Virus record (IMG/VR): IMGVR_UViG_3300023184_003282
Span: 1-47,755 of that record
DNA: 47,755 bases
Direction: 5' to 3' (one strand)
Origin: a virus
Taxonomy: Duplodnaviria > Caudoviricetes
Under the pieces are notes generated by a model. The model was not told the origin of the DNA, did no database searches, and saw only the letters and a program-made list of their open reading frames with translations. The position numbers and the translations under genes were made by a program. Within the stretch, counting starts at the first letter, position 1; the number at the start of each line of letters is the position of its first letter. Of this stretch, positions 30,401 through 40,411 are shown piece by piece.

Positions 30401-33286
30401 ACACTATTAAATAATTCTAATTTTAAAACTCTTTCATATGCACCGACAGCATATGGTAATAAAAAATCAAATTCGCAGAATTTTTATGTTTCATGCAACA
30501 ATATTTTTGATGAATATAATTTCTATTACGGATTAAATCAAAATTATATAACAACTTTAAGTACCATTTCGGGATCCATAGACATTCCATATACTAATGA
30601 AATGTATTCGAATGACGGAGCTACTATTTATTTAACAGCATTTAAAAATGATATATTCCCAGAATATGATGGATTAACTTTCGTGGGATTAACATCATCA
30701 AATAATGAATATATAGGATATTTTCCGATAACGGCAAATACACTACCTTTTAATTATACATATATTAATACATCTTCGGCGTTTTTACAATCCCCTAAAT
30801 TGTTAGAGTATAGTAATTTTTATTTATCATTCAGCGTAAATAAAACTGCTATGGATTTGGATAATAATATATTCATACGAATTACTCAAAAATTATCACC
30901 ATTTTCAATAGATGAACCATTTAGATTATATGATTCTGAAAATATAGAAACTATTAGATATGTATTATCATGTAAATATTGGGAAAATTATATTGAACTA
31001 CCGTCAGTTGATGGTTCATATGACGCATTTATATTAAGAATAGGAGATCCATCTGAGATGTTAACTGTTAAAGATTCCGAAATATTAACAATGGTTTTGT
31101 CGGTTTCTTCACCCATCGATATTATAATACCGGAAAGTACATTTAATAATATACTTACGTCTCAATATAACGGAGATAGAGCTTTATGGAATAGTAAAAG
31201 TTTAAATTTTAAAACATCAAATCCAATAACTATATTTGCATTTAGTACAAGTGTAAAACCGGAATTATTTATATCTTCATATTATAGTGTAACCGGAAAC
31301 GATATATATTTCCAATTTGAAACTCCGGATAATAGTTTAACATATAAAATAACATCTTATGATTTATTTTTTGGTGATGGATTATCAGCAAAAGCAGTTA
31401 ATGATTTATCTATATTTAAAACATACGATAAAGATGGATTATACAATATATCATATAATGTATACTATAATGATAGCACATCCAAGTTTTTCGAGATTGA
31501 CATGCCAATTTCGATATTTAATGAATGGCCGTATTATAATCAAGAAAAAATAAGATTATTATCAGAAAATCAATTATCATTCGGAAATGAATTAGAGAAC
31601 ACCTATAGTTTAGATCAAATCGAAATACAACCAAATGAATGGGCGGATGTTGATATATTTAATACGGCAATAACAAGATTACAATTTAATTTAGATTATC
31701 TAAAATATAACACTCAAACTTTAAGTAACAATTCTCCTAAATTATTTTATGGATGGTTAGGTGTAAATATTGAAAATAAAACATCAGGAATATCTTGGCA
31801 TACAAAAAATTATAAATCTTTACATGTAAATTATCCGAATAAATCAACATCAACAACATCGGGAAGTTTTAAAAATTTAAAAGATGTAATAGAAGTAAAA
31901 GATAGATTTTATGTTATAGATGATACCACAATAAGAGCATTTTCATCATCTAAAATACCACAAGAAATATTTTTTGAAAATTCAAATCTAATAGATGAAT
32001 TATTAGTTAATCCAGTATCTATAGATATAGATGAAACTGGAGAAAATATTTATGTGGCTGATAATTTTGCAAACAAGATATATAAATTAAATTTAGATTT
32101 CGATTTATATCCACCACAAATGAATATACAATTGAACATTGGTAATTTTGGAGAACGAGAAGAACCTAATAAGTTAAATTCACCAACAGAATTGATTTAC
32201 AAAAAACAAACTATTTTTGTATTAGATTTTAATAATCAATGTATTAAACAATATACAAAAGATTTAAATTGGATGTTTACATATTACAGTGATTCGTTTG
32301 TAGACGATCAACCGATAACATTTGCGATTCACCCAGAAACATTAATGTTATATGTTTTAACTCAAAATTACAATATTTATATTTTTGATTATTTTAATTC
32401 TAATAATTTTGAAATTTTGAATATTTCCGATATAGATAAAACAGAAAATCCAATAAAAATATTTTTTGATGAATATGGAGATTTCTTTTATATTTTAACT
32501 AAACAAAATATTTATAAATATACAGCATCAGGAACTTATGCAACTAAAACAATAATACCGAATATGGATAAATTAAATTTTATATCCGGTAAAAGTTCGT
32601 TTTATAGGTCTATTTTAATATTAACTAAAAATAGTGTATTAAAATTTAACGATATCGTTGAATTATTTAAAATAGGTGATGGACTTCAATATAGTTATTG
32701 GAATGAAAATCAAATAAAATTAAATAAAGATGATCTTGCTTTGGATTTAAATTATAATTTAAGCTTAACAAGGGTATGCCAAAATATAAAACAATTTAGA
32801 GATAATTTGAATTCAAAATTTGTTTTAGTTTTAGAAAAAACAAATTTCGGAATTATCGAATACTTTTCAATATACCCAATATCTACTAAAAACAAATTAG
32901 TCTTTTCTGATGATATAGAAAATGAAAAAATAGATATAGGTGTTAATGAATTTCACATACCCCAAGTTTTAAATAGAGAATTTAAAAAATTATATATAGC
33001 ATTGGAACAATTAAGAGATTATTTAGAAATAAAAGACATTAGGGGTGATATTGGAGATATTGATGAAATAACCGATGGATGCAGAGGTTCGTTTTGTTGG
33101 TCTTGGAAAGCAATGTCATGTTATTCACTATCATTACCAACCATAAAAATATGTAATATAAATCCAATAACATATAGTGAATTGGAAAGTGCATTTCCGG
33201 ATGAATATGTATACGCACCATCAAAAACATACGGTAAAGCGGAATCCGATTGTTGTTCCAACGTAAAATCACCACTAGAAACATAA
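27452..33286 (+). CDS. Giant putative virion protein with beta-rich stalk, PKD, NHL propeller and Cys-rich C-terminus
   Basis: LFFGDG...Y.KDG.Y.IS (PKD); NPVSIDID...IYVAD and LNSP......IFVLD..N..IK (NHL). Confidence 0.65.
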   Translation: MATTTPTTISEGYSAKKRIGSIWPFDIYDIEPVYINSEQKLNTTKTLKKYQTQNYVNILNSTTYGNELLSSLKDPYFNYGNMIYTEYGTFDNQNLDFYTTYLSALTFNKPSTFSFTPSGRLSTIHKESPIFNIISTIYKTDVSAASSHAILLIPESLFLYPTNLSVSGDQYTLTLNTVLLSSYTKSYSGTNIERKIYNDIFKYLYSKPLTGDISTPLTHKILYDIFAYKFVNSRNLQNDIDIYVNDASVYLEPYESNFKIRPYDIYLQYETIAVNSLNYTFLSGDSINNYNLGRERPELSEYKTFDQQMGIVYDDLYSNSTIDFLIAISSIDDNYGDTVENSTQYLTLNLTSGKVEYILLSDNNNINLSIPKSLELSYKVDSEYFVENTNINSFTNVASSLSNKIITYILPYPPHYYTFTACFSSSILNGQKFKNYGNTTLNFNLSCGISKSYFSDKTSTSVSAVEISSYLVSDFNILKLHFDTFCKNDKIIFYAYTIKNNISEIVRSAYLSALSCYYGPNFNTYYDLNDPIYIPAASASRLIIKYPGEIYGEFELCLAASLSCSNLTQIDIDKILPITFSLGHPIVPYQYPIIIKKLKESENRMDLSCQSLSADNLISTKDLTNSYISWSYAPTSKNVKIFAIDYNTLLPYTEPQTEIISGESLLWSSSTSNICISGYDYQKIVVTLSSQKYNEISEISNLFYDYYYLDESQLTITSSDIKRNKTVNFSLSVTRDYFGTTFINIPSSTLIRWDYDYYNKDLVSIYYRGSSYSENTLLYSIDLSSIDVVISADYSDFISQIEPITFNVYMPVSNDTKTTSYSTDIWLFANDNILNVDFDVQSQTLTSSNNKVYKTRNGENLISRPKTDLNNFIFKGNTDVIPYLKYDSLNWNISTNTNYSLTTAYSDVPQLSVVFSNIINSYNISKAIITLSAYNAYLPNWILGRNISESFTLNFLTESQLKNKLSFNIYSPYTWLTGSSGNITLLNNSNFKTLSYAPTAYGNKKSNSQNFYVSCNNIFDEYNFYYGLNQNYITTLSTISGSIDIPYTNEMYSNDGATIYLTAFKNDIFPEYDGLTFVGLTSSNNEYIGYFPITANTLPFNYTYINTSSAFLQSPKLLEYSNFYLSFSVNKTAMDLDNNIFIRITQKLSPFSIDEPFRLYDSENIETIRYVLSCKYWENYIELPSVDGSYDAFILRIGDPSEMLTVKDSEILTMVLSVSSPIDIIIPESTFNNILTSQYNGDRALWNSKSLNFKTSNPITIFAFSTSVKPELFISSYYSVTGNDIYFQFETPDNSLTYKITSYDLFFGDGLSAKAVNDLSIFKTYDKDGLYNISYNVYYNDSTSKFFEIDMPISIFNEWPYYNQEKIRLLSENQLSFGNELENTYSLDQIEIQPNEWADVDIFNTAITRLQFNLDYLKYNTQTLSNNSPKLFYGWLGVNIENKTSGISWHTKNYKSLHVNYPNKSTSTTSGSFKNLKDVIEVKDRFYVIDDTTIRAFSSSKIPQEIFFENSNLIDELLVNPVSIDIDETGENIYVADNFANKIYKLNLDFDLYPPQMNIQLNIGNFGEREEPNKLNSPTELIYKKQTIFVLDFNNQCIKQYTKDLNWMFTYYSDSFVDDQPITFAIHPETLMLYVLTQNYNIYIFDYFNSNNFEILNISDIDKTENPIKIFFDEYGDFFYILTKQNIYKYTASGTYATKTIIPNMDKLNFISGKSSFYRSILILTKNSVLKFNDIVELFKIGDGLQYSYWNENQIKLNKDDLALDLNYNLSLTRVCQNIKQFRDNLNSKFVLVLEKTNFGIIEYFSIYPISTKNKLVFSDDIENEKIDIGVNEFHIPQVLNREFKKLYIALEQLRDYLEIKDIRGDIGDIDEITDGCRGSFCWSWKAMSCYSLSLPTIKICNINPITYSELESAFPDEYVYAPSKTYGKAESDCCSNVKSPLET

Positions 33287-33294
33287 ATATTATT

Positions 33295-33720
33295 ATGAAT
33301 AGATTTCATTCTAAATATCACCGATCAAATCATCACACCGCAGTAAATAATACTAATCCAGATGCGGGTCATGATCCGATAGCGAGTCATGATTATCCAT
33401 TTCAAGGTGATTTTGTAGTTAATGGTAATATTAAAAATATTATTTACACGGTTGAATCTTTTGCGGGTACTACACTAACATTACCCACATCATCAAATCA
33501 ATTACACATCAAACCAACAACCCCAGGGGTTACTATTAATACTATAACTGGAGGATTAACGGGAGTTATTTATAGCGTAACTAACCAAAGTACAAATGCC
33601 GTATCAATAGCACATAATAACAGTACAATTTATGTTAGAGGCGCAGCTAGTTTAAGTTTAGGGTCATATACATCATGTAATATAAAATACATAGCAACTA
33701 ATATATATTCGGTGTGGTAA
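33295..33720 (+). CDS. Small putative virion protein with a His-rich N-terminus
   Basis: The ATG at 33295 follows CATAAATA; MNRFHSKYHRSNHHT...GHDPIASHDYPFQGDF precedes a beta-rich domain ending in Trp. Confidence 0.65.
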   Translation: MNRFHSKYHRSNHHTAVNNTNPDAGHDPIASHDYPFQGDFVVNGNIKNIIYTVESFAGTTLTLPTSSNQLHIKPTTPGVTINTITGGLTGVIYSVTNQSTNAVSIAHNNSTIYVRGAASLSLGSYTSCNIKYIATNIYSVW

Positions 33721-33734
33721 TTATAAGAAATAAC

Positions 33735-33742
33735 TATAAATA
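33735..33742 (+). promoter_or_regulatory. T4-type late promoter
   Basis: TATAAATA 8 nt before ATG 33751; another copy at 34053-34060 lies before ATG 34066. Confidence 0.55.
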
Positions 33743-33750
33743 CTCATATT

Positions 33751-34050
33751 ATGTTTTTTAATTTATTATATTTTATATGTATATCTTTGAGTTTTTCATA
33801 TATGTGGAGTTTTTCTGAATTTTTTAGACCATTTAGGAATTTTTTATCTAAAATACCATACATAAAAAAACCTTTACTCTGTCCGGAATGTTGTTCATTT
33901 TGGATTGGAGTTTTAGTTTCATTTTTATATAATCCGATTGTTATATATTATAATATCATGTTACCAAATATTATATGCGGTCTTGTCACTCACCTGTTTG
34001 CGTGTTTAATATATAAGAAAAAAACATCATCTTTGAATATTATAAACTAA
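33751..34050 (+). CDS. DUF1360-like small membrane protein with a CxxC motif
   Basis: Three hydrophobic segments; F.PFR....LLCPECCSFWIG motif. Confidence 0.65.
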   Translation: MFFNLLYFICISLSFSYMWSFSEFFRPFRNFLSKIPYIKKPLLCPECCSFWIGVLVSFLYNPIVIYYNIMLPNIICGLVTHLFACLIYKKKTSSLNIIN

Positions 34051-34065
34051 TATATAAATAATAAT

Positions 34066-34488
34066 ATGAAATTGGAAGAAATAAAACAAACTAATAAATA
34101 TCAAGAAGCAACTATTCTATTTTTAGAGAATGATAATTTATTTAAAGATGAATTTATTAAATTTGCACCAAAAATAAGTTCAGAGATAGAAAGCGCATAC
34201 GGAAACCCAACATGTTCCTGTCGTGATACTATTATACAGTTTATAAATGAAAATTCTGATGATTTTTTAAATTTTTTATATACATATTTGATTGAAAATA
34301 ATAAAATTATTTCTTTTGTAGATATTTTACTTAAAATACCAAATTATGTATCTTTGATTGGTAAGGTAATAAAAACATCAATTTCAGAGTGGGAGAATTT
34401 TTCTAAAACCTTACGTGAAGAAAATAGTTATTTTAATTTTTTTTCAGTTGTTAAAGAAAAAGATGATATTTTAGTATTTTTTCTATAA
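34066..34488 (+). CDS. Hypothetical protein with an NPTCSCR motif
   Basis: 140-aa ORF with a late motif upstream. Confidence 0.7.
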   Translation: MKLEEIKQTNKYQEATILFLENDNLFKDEFIKFAPKISSEIESAYGNPTCSCRDTIIQFINENSDDFLNFLYTYLIENNKIISFVDILLKIPNYVSLIGKVIKTSISEWENFSKTLREENSYFNFFSVVKEKDDILVFFL

Positions 34489-34511
34489 TAAAAATATATA
34501 ATATAATTATA

Positions 34512-35381
34512 ATGAATTTTAAAGAAATATTTCCATCATTTAGCGATTTAACAACAAGTACTGTTGCGCAAATAACATTATTAATGGATGAATATTTCAA
34601 TTCATTATATTTTGGAACTGATGAATCGTCAGTCAGTAGTTATTATATAAGAGTTTCGGATATTTTTGCATCGGAAGAGTTAACGACAATAACAGCGCCC
34701 GCTACGGTAATAATAAACCCTAAAGATATAGAAACGAGTAATAAATTATACAAGTTAAAATATACATGCACAACTGGAGAAACATATACTCAAACATTTT
34801 TTTACAAAAATAGTTCAGATTATGATTTAAGTTTACCGTTTCCGTATGATCTTGGGGATCCTAGAAATTATCCAAAGACGTTTAATTTCAATTTAACTGG
34901 ATCGTTTTTCAAACAACATATATTAAAAATAGAAGTTTATGACTTCCTGAATGAAGATCCGCGTCCAATTTATTTTATAATAGACGTAAAAGCTCCAGAA
35001 TTAAATGTAGATAATCCATTTTTCGACGACTTACATTTAATATATAGTAAAATTTTTGACTTTGATGATAAATTGTTTTACGTTTTTGAAAGTCAAACCC
35101 CCAATTATATTTTACCAGTAATAGTTAAGTGGCAAACCTATAACGATTCATTTGTTGAAATTAATACAAACAAAATAGATATAAGACCATATAGGTTATC
35201 CAATCCATTTGAAATAGATTCATCATCAATTAATTCAGTTCCATTAAATTTTTCATACGACTTTTTAAACGATAATGGATATAGTTACAGGAATAACATT
35301 CAAAAAATAGGAAATAAATATTATTTATATATGAATGATGGATCTTCAATAGAGTTGGGTAATTTTAATATTAGAACATAA
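34512..35381 (+). CDS. Hypothetical protein, putative virion
   Basis: 289-aa ORF in the structural cluster; no recognisable motif. Confidence 0.65.
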   Translation: MNFKEIFPSFSDLTTSTVAQITLLMDEYFNSLYFGTDESSVSSYYIRVSDIFASEELTTITAPATVIINPKDIETSNKLYKLKYTCTTGETYTQTFFYKNSSDYDLSLPFPYDLGDPRNYPKTFNFNLTGSFFKQHILKIEVYDFLNEDPRPIYFIIDVKAPELNVDNPFFDDLHLIYSKIFDFDDKLFYVFESQTPNYILPVIVKWQTYNDSFVEINTNKIDIRPYRLSNPFEIDSSSINSVPLNFSYDFLNDNGYSYRNNIQKIGNKYYLYMNDGSSIELGNFNIRT

Positions 35382-35432
35382 CACTTATGTTATTAAAATG
35401 TAGATTTTTATAAAAAAAAAGTAATTATTTAA

Positions 35433-36122
35433 GTGAGTATATATAATGATAATATAAACAGTGGAAATTTTTATGTCAGGAAAATTGATGGGCAAATAGA
35501 CACATCAAATAGTTTTTTATCGTCAATTTATATAAAATATGAAAATATAAATACTTTTTTTTATAATGATTTGATTGATAATAGAATTAAAAATATAGAT
35601 GTTTTATATGATGTGATTTTCATAGAAACGCGGAATGGGTATATTTTTGAAAAAATTTTAACTGATGATGATAATAAGATATACCCATATAATAATAATA
35701 ATCTATTCACACCTATTATTAATACATCACCATCCTTTTGGTTTGATGATAAAAAATTAGTTATATATATAGCGGATGTAATATATGGAGAACAAACCAG
35801 TACATCTTTTAATTTTTTCATTTCAATTAAAGAATTTGATTGTAAATCTGGTAAATTATTTAGTTCTTCGAAAGACCAAATTATATTTAATTGTTCAGAT
35901 ACAACTAATTGGGGAAATTTTACACCAACACTAGAACAACCTAAGTTTTCATTTAATGAAAATACTAAAAATTTTAATTTAAGTTTTATATTTAGAAATA
36001 AACAAAACAATATTGGTATCGTGAGTGCAAATTTTTCACATTTAAAAGTCTTTAATTTGGATAAAATAAACTTATATTCTGATTTTTTAAAGGTTTCTAA
36101 TTCATATCACATATCACTTTAA
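35433..36122 (+). CDS. Hypothetical beta-rich protein, putative virion
   Basis: GTG start; 229 aa; co-oriented with its neighbours. Confidence 0.6.
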   Translation: MSIYNDNINSGNFYVRKIDGQIDTSNSFLSSIYIKYENINTFFYNDLIDNRIKNIDVLYDVIFIETRNGYIFEKILTDDDNKIYPYNNNNLFTPIINTSPSFWFDDKKLVIYIADVIYGEQTSTSFNFFISIKEFDCKSGKLFSSSKDQIIFNCSDTTNWGNFTPTLEQPKFSFNENTKNFNLSFIFRNKQNNIGIVSANFSHLKVFNLDKINLYSDFLKVSNSYHISL

Positions 36123-36138
36123 TGATAAGTATTGAATA

Positions 36139-39100
36139 ATGAGTAACACGGAAATAACAGTTTTTAATACTTTAAGTTCTATTTATTGGAAACCTGTAAA
36201 TTTTACAATATTAGACGAAAAAATCAATTTGAATAAAAATCAAATATTATTCACTAATGGAATGAAATTTAATTTTTATGATTTTTTAAAAGACGGTAAG
36301 GATTTTTCATCAAATCGAAAAACTTCTTTTTTACTCACGGATTTAAAAAATAATAAAGATTTTTTAAATGATAATACAATTAAAAAGGAATCGAATGATT
36401 TATCAGTAATTAAAAGTCCAATTTATATAACAGATGATAATTCTAAAAATTTGATAATTAGAAGACAAAAGATAAATAATTTCAATCAATTAATAACATC
36501 ATCGGAAATCATTGTAGATGATGTGGATGTTTTAAATTTTGTTTTTAATACTGATGGATATGTGTCAGTAATAGATTATGATGGATATTATTTGACTTCG
36601 ACGTTTGAAAATGTCCCAGGAGGATTAACATTTCAGAAAAAAATTATACCGGAAAATCAAGCTCAACAATTTGATTATTTTTTAGGTGATAATAATATAG
36701 TTTTATTCGAAATAAACGATTCAGATAAAACACCAAGATATAGAAATGCGGTTACGTTATTTAATACTGGGGTATATGGGTTAAGCACTATAACTAAAAT
36801 GATATCAAGTAGTGTATTTCCAAAACAAATGGTATTAGATTTTGTATCATACTCTAAATATAATACTAAAGAACAAACGATAAAAGATAGTTTTATTGTT
36901 AAATATTTAACAGGGTTAGAAAATAATATTAATGATTTAAAAAAGGATACTTCAGTTACCGAAATGAAATATTCTCAAAATTATTTAGGTGTATTTCCAA
37001 GTGAAAATTTTGTAGAAAGCTACAACGAAATGACATTTCCGATTATTTTTCATGGATTAAAAAATTATCAAACACCGGAATATAATTATACACTTGGATT
37101 CAATTACTTAAATAATCAACAAGCCGTTCGTCGGTTATATGAAAAAATACACACAGGAACCAATCAAACAGGGGGACTTAATAATGTTTTTTTAGGATTT
37201 AATTCTAACACTTTAAAAATGGAATTTAAACCGGATACTACATCTTACTTTTATTTTCCATCAACGATGGATAGAGTTAAATTATCCGATTCTGGATTGA
37301 TAGAGGATGGTTCTATTAGCGGACAAATACCATATAATTCAGATAGAATATCAATTAAAAATAAAAATTATTTAGAATTAATACCAGATTCAAATCAACC
37401 AGAATCTATAAAAAATCAATCTAACACTTGGTTATGTTCATGGTTATCTGGAAATATTGATGGCGATAAAACGTGGATGAGTAGATATTATAATGCCGCA
37501 TACTACACTATAGATCAAGCATTATCATCTAAAGTTATTTTATATAATGATAAATTAGATCCAACATTAAATTACACCTATGATATTGAATCGGAAATGT
37601 ATTTAGAACCTGGAGTTTTATATGAATATACAAGAATTGGGCAAAAAAACAGAAAAACTTTTATTAATTATTTATCAAATTCTTCTTTATTACAAATAAC
37701 AAATTGGAATTCTCAATCTTTAAAATATGATTATAAAAATGATCAATATGGATTATTATATTATAACGACATAAATAATTTAAAAGGAAATTATTTAAAT
37801 TTAGATGGTAATAATCATGCATTGTTTCCAGCAACAACCGAATTATTGGAATCTAATAAATTAACAGTTTCATTTTGGTTAAATGTTAATGATTGGAAAA
37901 AAATAAACGGATATCAAATTTTTGGAAATTATTTTGACGGTGGGTATGGTTTAATAAACGATTCATCAATAACCACACCTATAATAACCATTATAGATAA
38001 TTATAATAATAATATTTATAATTTAAACTATAAATTTTCAGTATTATCTAAAAATAACATTCCACTTTTTAATAAAAATGAATCTAATGGTAACGATTAT
38101 CAAATAATACAAAGATTAAATGATTTTAGCTATTGGATTTTTGATAAAAAAAATATATCGGGTATAAAATATAATATCAATAATGACATTATAATAAAAG
38201 TTGATAGGCAAACAATTAGTGATTTACATCCACTTAAAGAAATAACTCAAATAGAAATAGATTCTAAGGAATTTATCTACATATATGACAATAAAATTAA
38301 AAAGTGTATAGTTCTAAATACTTTTGGAAAATTTGAAAGATCTGTTGATCTTTCATCAAATACCAATCGAATAGAAATAGATTTAAATGATCAATTATTA
38401 AGTTTATATGGAAATAGTTCAGTTATAGATAATTATAATAATATATGGGAATCGGTAGGTTCTAATTTATATAAAAATAAGAAGTTTATTGCTAATATAG
38501 GAACGGTTCAATATTTAACGGTTGATGATAATGATAATTTATGGATTTTACATGGTCAAGATAGTATAACAAAAATAAACGTTTTAGATAATAAAATTTA
38601 TGATGGTTATCCAAAAAGATTTGGTAAAAATTCAAGACTAGCAGAAGATTTAAGAGTTGATAATAGATTAAGATATAGGTATTTAAACTTTTTAAGAGTA
38701 CGAAAAGACCTAAATTTTAAATCGTGTGATACAAGCAATATAGATTATGAAGATCAATTAGTATTAGTTGATTTAATTGATGACGCAATATATATTATGG
38801 ATGATAATTTAAATATTAAAATTAAATTAAATATTAGCGCATTAACAAAATCTTTAAAATCTAAGTTGGTCTGTGATGGCGATTTCACGGGATATTCATT
38901 CTTAAGAAAATTTTATTCTACGCAAAATAAAATAAGTTGGAAAATTAAAATATCAAATGTCATAGGTGGAGACGAAAGATTAATAACTCTTCCATTTGAT
39001 TTAAATTCTATCTCTGAAGGATGGCATCATTTCTGTATGACTTTTGATTCTGAAACTGGAGTAGTTACATCTTATATAGATACTATAAAAAAAGGCGAAG

Positions 39101-39549
39101 AATTTTTTGAACCTAAAATATTTAAGATAAACTACAAATATAGAACATCTTTATTATTAGGAATTCAATCTTTAAAAAATACTACATTAAATGATATTAT
39201 TAGCATAAATGATAACTATAAATTTATAGGAAAATTTTCAGAGTTACGTTTGTATAATAAATCTTTAAATAGGGGAGAGATAGAACAATTATACTATTCA
39301 TCTGAATGGATATCTGATGATAGATCTTTGGTTTGGAATATGCCAATTGGAACTAGAAGTTATATTGAAGAAATCAAACATTGGTATAAGTTGCAATTAC
39401 CAGGAAGTAAGAGTAAATATTTCAATATAAATATTCATAATCTGGATGTTAATGATGATATTAAATTATTAATAAAAAATGCAATATCAAACAACATTAA
39501 AAAAATATCACCAGCTAATACTGAATTATATAATATAAATTGGATATGA
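36139..39549 (+). CDS. Large putative virion protein with a LamG/ConA-like domain split by a beta-propeller
   Basis: YLNLDG...LTVSFWL (first LamG half), D..DNLWI-type propeller repeats, then GWHHFCMTFD..YID..FIGKFSELRLYNKSL..EI (second half). Confidence 0.7.
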   Translation: MSNTEITVFNTLSSIYWKPVNFTILDEKINLNKNQILFTNGMKFNFYDFLKDGKDFSSNRKTSFLLTDLKNNKDFLNDNTIKKESNDLSVIKSPIYITDDNSKNLIIRRQKINNFNQLITSSEIIVDDVDVLNFVFNTDGYVSVIDYDGYYLTSTFENVPGGLTFQKKIIPENQAQQFDYFLGDNNIVLFEINDSDKTPRYRNAVTLFNTGVYGLSTITKMISSSVFPKQMVLDFVSYSKYNTKEQTIKDSFIVKYLTGLENNINDLKKDTSVTEMKYSQNYLGVFPSENFVESYNEMTFPIIFHGLKNYQTPEYNYTLGFNYLNNQQAVRRLYEKIHTGTNQTGGLNNVFLGFNSNTLKMEFKPDTTSYFYFPSTMDRVKLSDSGLIEDGSISGQIPYNSDRISIKNKNYLELIPDSNQPESIKNQSNTWLCSWLSGNIDGDKTWMSRYYNAAYYTIDQALSSKVILYNDKLDPTLNYTYDIESEMYLEPGVLYEYTRIGQKNRKTFINYLSNSSLLQITNWNSQSLKYDYKNDQYGLLYYNDINNLKGNYLNLDGNNHALFPATTELLESNKLTVSFWLNVNDWKKINGYQIFGNYFDGGYGLINDSSITTPIITIIDNYNNNIYNLNYKFSVLSKNNIPLFNKNESNGNDYQIIQRLNDFSYWIFDKKNISGIKYNINNDIIIKVDRQTISDLHPLKEITQIEIDSKEFIYIYDNKIKKCIVLNTFGKFERSVDLSSNTNRIEIDLNDQLLSLYGNSSVIDNYNNIWESVGSNLYKNKKFIANIGTVQYLTVDDNDNLWILHGQDSITKINVLDNKIYDGYPKRFGKNSRLAEDLRVDNRLRYRYLNFLRVRKDLNFKSCDTSNIDYEDQLVLVDLIDDAIYIMDDNLNIKIKLNISALTKSLKSKLVCDGDFTGYSFLRKFYSTQNKISWKIKISNVIGGDERLITLPFDLNSISEGWHHFCMTFDSETGVVTSYIDTIKKGEEFFEPKIFKINYKYRTSLLLGIQSLKNTTLNDIISINDNYKFIGKFSELRLYNKSLNRGEIEQLYYSSEWISDDRSLVWNMPIGTRSYIEEIKHWYKLQLPGSKSKYFNINIHNLDVNDDIKLLIKNAISNNIKKISPANTELYNINWI

Positions 39550-40406
39550 TAAACGACATAGATATTTTTAAAAAAATTCAAGAACAGTGTTCTAATATAT
39601 TTTTATTAGATGAGAATTTATGTGTTTCAAAATCATATCAAATAATAAATCATAATATACAATCATTATCAGCCGCTTTATGGTCATTTCAACCTACAAT
39701 AGATTATTTTAATCAAACATATACATATTTTACACAAAATAGTTCTAAATATACTGAAGTTTTTGACGAGTTAAATAGTAAAAATTCAAATTTAATTGGT
39801 ATGTGTACAACTGTACAAACTAATAGTGCTTTTTTTAATGGACCATTTATGGTTTTTTATAAAACACAATTTGAAGTAGCGAATTGGAATACTAATATTG
39901 TTAATCATAAAAACACAATTAAAAACTGGTTATCGGAAAATTATCCTAATAAATTTTATTTTAAAAACCAAAAAATAATCGTAACTGTAATTCTTTATAT
40001 TGAAAAATCTTTTAATTTAGCAAATAATAAAAAAGACGGCCGCCCAGATAGTAACAACATTAATAGTGGATTTTATAAAGAGTTAAAGGTATCATGCACC
40101 CCACCCACAAAACCAGCGGTTGAAATTAAGTGTACCGATGAAACTTTTGGTACTCCATATGCAGCTTGTAAATGGCAAACTAGATCTGCGCACGTATTCA
40201 GACATTCTCGACATACAACTATTAATGCATACACTCAATGCAAATCAAACATAAAAAATCCAACAAATCAAATTAGTCCATCATGTGCATCAACTGGAGC
40301 AAAAATATTATCAGTATCTGATAATTATCAGACCATTGATAGACATATAACAACGATGTTAAATTTAACATTCCTAAACATTAATGGAAGTTGGACTAAT
40401 ATATAA
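39540..40406 (+). CDS. Putative short fibre protein, paralog 1 (Cys-rich)
   Basis: Shares the N-terminal IN.N motif, coiled coil and WL..NYP core with the next two genes; the start may be the ATG at 39546. Confidence 0.6.
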   Translation: MDMINDIDIFKKIQEQCSNIFLLDENLCVSKSYQIINHNIQSLSAALWSFQPTIDYFNQTYTYFTQNSSKYTEVFDELNSKNSNLIGMCTTVQTNSAFFNGPFMVFYKTQFEVANWNTNIVNHKNTIKNWLSENYPNKFYFKNQKIIVTVILYIEKSFNLANNKKDGRPDSNNINSGFYKELKVSCTPPTKPAVEIKCTDETFGTPYAACKWQTRSAHVFRHSRHTTINAYTQCKSNIKNPTNQISPSCASTGAKILSVSDNYQTIDRHITTMLNLTFLNINGSWTNI

Positions 40407-40411
40407 AAATA

